Below are positions 25,592 to 29,186 of a stretch of DNA of 29,186 bases, in pieces. Below the pieces are notes generated by a model. That model did not search any database. It saw nothing but the letters and a program-made list of their open reading frames with translations, and was not told where the DNA came from. Position numbers and translations under genes: made by a program. The DNA lies in the NCBI GenBank assembly GCA_043797665.1, contig JAZDPL010000013.1, positions 1 to 29,186 of the forward strand, given 5' to 3'. The stretch comes from Candidatus Omnitrophota bacterium. GTDB lineage: Bacteria; Ratteibacteria; UBA8468; MWAK01. Each line of letters opens with the position of its first letter. Position 1 is the first letter of the stretch.

Positions 25592-25621
25592 ATTTTAGTA
25601 TGATTTTCAAACCCCTGTCAA
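25592..25621 (-). promoter_or_regulatory. Putative sigma-70 promoter of the LysM/NlpC gene
   Basis: TTGACA-18-TAAAAT. Confidence 0.5.
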
Positions 25622-25624
25622 GCC

Positions 25625-25672
25625 AAATCCCCCTATTTTCCCCCTTTGACAAAGGGGGATTGAGGGGGATTT
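25625..25672. repeat. Family D element abutting the fabH stop
   Basis: AAATCCCCCTATTTTCCCCCTTTGACAAAGGGGGATTGAGGGGGATTT. Confidence 0.88.
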
Positions 25673-26645
25673 AAAGACGTACTACGGTGGCGGCCCAGGT
25701 GAGGCCGGCACCAAAACTACAGAAGAGCACCAGGTCTCCTTCTTTAACCAGTCCGGTTGATATGGCTTCATCCAGACATACCACCACCGATGCCGCAGAT
25801 ATGTTTCCATACCGATGGATGTTCAAAAAAACTTTTTCTAACGGAAGGTTTAGATTTTTAACCACTGCCTGGATGATACGCAAATTCGCCTGGTGGGGAA
25901 TTACCAGGGAGATTTGGTCCGGGGCAACACCGGCTTTTTCCAAAGCCTGCCGGGCTGCTCCGCTCATCGCCTGAACCGCAACCTTAAAAAGAGCCTGGCC
26001 ATCCATCTTCATGAAGTGCATCCTTTGTTCTACGGTCTCTTTGCTGGCTGGCCGGCGGCTTCCGCCGGCCGGGACCAGCAGAATTTCTGCCAGATTACCG
26101 TCGGAAAAGAGACAACTCCCCAGAATAGAATCCTTCTTGCTAAATGACAGGAAAGCCGCACCGGCGCCATCACCCAGCAGAACACAGGTGGACCGGTCGG
26201 TGTAGTCAGCCACACGGCTCATCGTATCCGCAGCCACCAAAAGGACATTGCGGTAATGTCCGGAAACGATTAACCCCCTGGCGATTGCCAAACCATAAAG
26301 AAAACCCGAACAGGCTGCGGCGATGTCAAAGGCGAAAGCGTTTTTAGCACCCAACTTTTTCTGAATGAGACAGGCGGTCGATGGAAAAGGGTGATCGCCG
26401 GTGATGGTCGCGACAATAATAACCTCTACACTTTCGGAAGAGACGCCGGCTTTTTTAAGCGCCCGCAGGCTTGCGTGGAAACCCAAGTCCGAAACCGCTT
26501 CCTCCGGTGCAGCAATCCGTCGTTCTGAAATACCGGTACGGGTACGAATCCACTCGTCCGAGGTGTCAACCATCTTTTCTAAATCCTGGTTGGTCAAGAC
26601 CTTCTTCGGCAAGTAAGAACCCGTACTGACAATCTTTATACCCAT
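25671..26645 (-). CDS. fabH: Beta-ketoacyl-ACP synthase III
   Basis: DTSDEWIRTRTGI, AACSGF, GDGAGA, PHQANLRII, YGNISAAS, FGAGLTW. Start taken at the ATG at 26645 (TTG at 26657 is possible). Confidence 0.95.
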   Translation of the reverse strand: MGIKIVSTGSYLPKKVLTNQDLEKMVDTSDEWIRTRTGISERRIAAPEEAVSDLGFHASLRALKKAGVSSESVEVIIVATITGDHPFPSTACLIQKKLGAKNAFAFDIAAACSGFLYGLAIARGLIVSGHYRNVLLVAADTMSRVADYTDRSTCVLLGDGAGAAFLSFSKKDSILGSCLFSDGNLAEILLVPAGGSRRPASKETVEQRMHFMKMDGQALFKVAVQAMSGAARQALEKAGVAPDQISLVIPHQANLRIIQAVVKNLNLPLEKVFLNIHRYGNISAASVVVCLDEAISTGLVKEGDLVLFCSFGAGLTWAATVVRL

Positions 26646-26658
26646 AAATGACGCCAAG

Positions 26659-26742
26659 TGTCATTCTGAAGCGTATTGTGCTGAAGAATCTATCTTCAAA
26701 ACCTTTGGATATTGTAGATTCTTCACTTTGTTCAGAATGACA
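26659..26742. repeat. Family B element in the fabH leader
   Basis: TGTCATTCTGAAGCGTATTGTGCTGAAGAATCT...AGATTCTTCACTTTGTTCAGAATGACA. Confidence 0.88.
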
Positions 26743-26835
26743 GAGGGGTATCTCATATTATACCGCACCCGGCTTTTATTTGACAAACCTTTGACTTTAC
26801 TGATTAAATGTTAAGGGGTTGATGCATAAAACATA

Positions 26836-27447
26836 ATGGCTGACGAAGCACTTCTGATTGCCAAGGCAAAAAAAGGAGACCTGGACGCATTTGGTCAGAT
26901 GCTCTCTTCAGTAGAAACCCGGCTCTTCCGGGTCGCCTTACTTTTATGCGGAGAAAGAGAATCCGCCAAAGACCTTCTCCAGGAAACCTTCTTCAGCCTC
27001 TATCAGAGTCTGCCCCGTTTCCTGGGCCGATGTAGTTTCTATACCTATTCCTACCGCGTCCTCCTCAACCTCTACCACAAAAGAAACCGCCGGAAAAAAT
27101 ACCATCTTATCTCCCTCTCCGACCTTCTTCGCCAGCCCCATTCTCCCTCTTCCCCCTTTAAAAAAGGCGGGTTCCCTACCATCAAGGTAGGGGGATACAG
27201 GGGGATTTCACCAAAGGCACCTTCTCCCGCTGAAGAGTTTGTCCTGACCGAAAAACAGGAGAAGGTACGCCTCGCCATCACAAAAATGCCTTTCCTCTTC
27301 CAGGAAATAATCAGCCTGCGGTATTTAGAAGAACTATCCATCGCAGAAATAGCCCGAAGACTGCGCATAAACGAGGGAACGGTCAAGTCCCGGCTCTTTA
27401 AAGCCAAATGGCTGCTGGCAGACATTCTTAAAAATGAACCTTTATAA
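26836..27447 (+). CDS. ECF-type RNA polymerase sigma-70 factor
   Basis: AKKGDLDAF, AKDLLQETF, LRYLEELSIAEIA...GTVKSRLFKAK. Confidence 0.9.
   Translation: MADEALLIAKAKKGDLDAFGQMLSSVETRLFRVALLLCGERESAKDLLQETFFSLYQSLPRFLGRCSFYTYSYRVLLNLYHKRNRRKKYHLISLSDLLRQPHSPSSPFKKGGFPTIKVGGYRGISPKAPSPAEEFVLTEKQEKVRLAITKMPFLFQEIISLRYLEELSIAEIARRLRINEGTVKSRLFKAKWLLADILKNEPL
27140..27208. repeat. Family D element with a nested family E insert (27168-27191), in-frame in the sigma2-sigma4 linker
   Basis: ATTCTCCCTCTTCCCCCTTTAAAAAAGG[CGGGTTCCCTACCATCAAGGTAGG]GGGATACAGGGGGATTT encodes SPSSPFKKGGFPTIKVGGYRGI. Confidence 0.85.
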
Positions 27448-27490
27448 CCAAAACCGGTACTAAATATACAGAAGGGGAAATAACCCACCC

Positions 27491-27551
27491 TGTCATTCTG
27501 AGCAAAGCGAAGAATCTCTCTTTTAGACCCTTCGTTCCACTCAGGGTGACA
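27491..27551. repeat. Family B element
   Basis: TGTCATTCTGAGCAAAGCGAAGAATCT...AGACCCTTCGTTCCACTCAGGGTGACA. Confidence 0.9.
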
Positions 27552-27566
27552 TATCTGGAGAAGACG

Positions 27567-28076
27567 ATGAAATTCCAAAATCTCGACGAATTGGAGGGAA
27601 TCCTAAAAGAACTGGGACAGCGGCTCTGGAAGGAAGAACCACCTAAAGAGACCATTCCCTTAACCTTACGAGCCTTAGCATCCCGGCCCAGAAGGGTTTC
27701 ACTTTTGCGTAAACTCATCCTTACCTTATCTTCCGGCCGACAGAAAAGGAGATTGGTCTCCGGTATAAGTCCTTATAGGTTCAAATTAGAACCGGCTCTG
27801 GTAACCTTCACCCTTTTCCTTCTCTTCCTCCTTATTTTTTCTTTCAGTCCTTACCGTCTCCTGAACACAATCAGGATAACCTTACTCCTCTTCTCGCTCT
27901 CTCTCTTCTCCCTCTTCCTCTTCTATCCGGAGAAGATGGCACAGATTGACCGGAAACTTCTTGGAGTCAGGTTAGCCCGCCTCGGGCCAACCGCGACTCC
28001 TTTCCAGGAAATCCTGCTTTTCCGAATTCAGGGTTTATACTTTCTTTTTATCGCTTTGTTTATCTGTAAATTATAA
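27567..28076 (+). CDS. Hypothetical membrane protein, possible anti-sigma factor
   Basis: ATG at 27567 with a GGAG RBS; about three hydrophobic segments; directly downstream of the ECF sigma. The function is inferred from position only. Confidence 0.55.
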   Translation: MKFQNLDELEGILKELGQRLWKEEPPKETIPLTLRALASRPRRVSLLRKLILTLSSGRQKRRLVSGISPYRFKLEPALVTFTLFLLFLLIFSFSPYRLLNTIRITLLLFSLSLFSLFLFYPEKMAQIDRKLLGVRLARLGPTATPFQEILLFRIQGLYFLFIALFICKL

Positions 28077-28086
28077 GGGGACCCGT

Positions 28087-28110
28087 AGCACACTACGCTT
28101 CAGAATGACA
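28087..28110. repeat. Family B half element
   Basis: Reverse complement TGTCATTCTGAAGCGTAGTGTGCT matches the left arm of 26659. Confidence 0.75.
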
Positions 28111-28125
28111 AGAACTGGAGGAAAG

Positions 28126-28842
28126 GTGAAAAAGAAAAGGACTTGTTTTACGCAAAAAAAAGGCTTTACCTTGATAGAAATGTTGGTCGTTATGGTGATT
28201 ATTGCTGTCCTGGCTGGTGTTCTCCTGCCAGCCATTATGAAATCGATGAGACAGGCAAAAACAAACCGGTGCCTTTCTGAAATGCAGCACTTAGCCACCG
28301 TGGTCAGCCAGGTCTACAATGAAGTAGGCTACTACGTGCCCCTGGAAGATATGACAATAACAGGCACAACTGGCGTAGACGTCTGGACTTCCAGCGATTA
28401 CGTCAACGGCAAAAGCGACAATGAGGCAACTACCGATCTTTCTACTCTTTCCACCTCGAATATGTGGGCAGGACCTTACGCGACTTACAAAAGTTATTAC
28501 GCTAACACATTATCTAATTACACAGGTAATGACCTTCCGATACCTTATAATGTATGGGACGTTAATTCTACAATCAATACCCAACTTACCAACGCTCCCC
28601 TTGACCCGTGGGGCAGGCCCTGCCGGATGTTCTGGACCACCCTTGCTTCACTCAAACCCGCTGGCGCCACAGGCACAATGGTTCTAATCTCCGCCGGCTC
28701 GGATGGAATCTTGCAAAGTTTGATTGGCCAAGAACAGCGGCCAACTCGCGCCCAGCAAGCCGCCTTTAGTGCCTTTGACCCTAATAATTCGGCGATAACC
28801 GAAAAGGACCCGTACTTTGTCTTCAACGTCGGCATCCAGTAA
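28126..28842 (+). CDS. Prepilin-type N-terminal cleavage/methylation protein (GspG/T2SS pseudopilin-like)
   Basis: KKG|FTLIEMLVVMVIIAVLAGVLLP; DPWGRP...LISAGSDG. GTG at 28126 after GGAGG. Confidence 0.85.
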   Translation: MKKKRTCFTQKKGFTLIEMLVVMVIIAVLAGVLLPAIMKSMRQAKTNRCLSEMQHLATVVSQVYNEVGYYVPLEDMTITGTTGVDVWTSSDYVNGKSDNEATTDLSTLSTSNMWAGPYATYKSYYANTLSNYTGNDLPIPYNVWDVNSTINTQLTNAPLDPWGRPCRMFWTTLASLKPAGATGTMVLISAGSDGILQSLIGQEQRPTRAQQAAFSAFDPNNSAITEKDPYFVFNVGIQ

Positions 28843-28849
28843 CAACAGA

Positions 28850-28881
28850 TGTCATTCCTGTGTGTAGTAAACAAGAATCCA
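28850..28881. repeat. Family C left arm directly upstream of the GIY-YIG gene
   Basis: TGTCATTCCTGTGTGTAGTAAACAAGAATCCA versus TGTCATTCCCGTACGTAGTAAACGGGAATCCA at 8371. Confidence 0.8.
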
Positions 28882-28883
28882 TT

Positions 28884-29127
28884 GTGAGTCCATATTATGT
28901 TTACATCTTGGCAAGTAAAAAAAACGGTACTTTATATCTTAGGGGTAACAAACAATTTACTAAAAAGAGTATATGAACACAAAAACGATTTCGTTGATGG
29001 ATTCACCAAAAAATATCAAGTCCATCGTCTGGTTTATTATGAAGAAACTAACGATATTAACAGTGTTATCATGCGCGAAAAACAAGTAAATTACCCCGTG
29101 CTTCCGCACGGGGCATTGGGACATTAA
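28884..29127 (+). pseudogene. Small stand-alone GIY-YIG nuclease, frameshifted and 3'-truncated
   Basis: GTG at 28884 reads MSPYYVYILASKKNGTLY. After a +1 shift near 28938 it continues GVTNNLLKRVYEHK...GFTKKYQVHRLVYYEE...REKQ. The usual KKW.R.WK tail is replaced by unrelated sequence. Confidence 0.8.
29086..29117. mobile_element. Possible IS200/IS605-type end hairpin at the GIY-YIG truncation point
   Basis: GTAAATTA-CCCCGTGC-TTCC-GCACGGGG-CATT: a perfect 8-bp stem starting where homology to GIY-YIG ends. Confidence 0.4.
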
Positions 29128-29151
29128 AAATGTTTGTATTCAACATTCAAG

Positions 29152-29186
29152 GTAGGGGCTTGATTTATCAAGCCCGCGGGTCGGAT
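29152..29186. repeat. Family A element, cut by the window edge
   Basis: GTAGGGGCTTGATTTATCAAGCCCGCGGGTCGGAT... Confidence 0.88.

Overview
Bacterial chromosomal window, probably from an anaerobe; I cannot assign the lineage from the sequence. The core is a ~16-kb minus-strand Wood-Ljungdahl carbonyl-branch cluster: cooC, acsD, then a cooF-like + NuoE/F/G-like (HydCBA-like, no H-cluster) module, then cooS, acsB, acsC, acsE, DUF3786, acsV and a Pta-N/DRTGG gene. A solitary 5S rRNA with its own sigma-70 promoter lies upstream. The left end holds a family of secreted CsgG-like/FGE-sulfatase (CLec-fold) paralogs, a decayed vapBC module and an unusual metallophosphoesterase-DUF1573-thioredoxin-CcdA fusion. 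Two FGE 3' ends look like diversity-generating retroelement (DGR) variable regions with GCA-loop hairpins, although no template repeat or reverse transcriptase is in the window. The right end holds an alpha/beta hydrolase, an HPS-RraA fusion, a LysM-NlpC/P60 peptidase, fabH, an ECF sigma factor with a small membrane partner, a prepilin-type protein and a broken GIY-YIG nuclease. The most striking signal is about 30 short palindromic elements from at least five families. They show compensatory stem changes, nest inside one another at equivalent positions, sit in-frame inside at least five proteins and supply stop codons to four genes.
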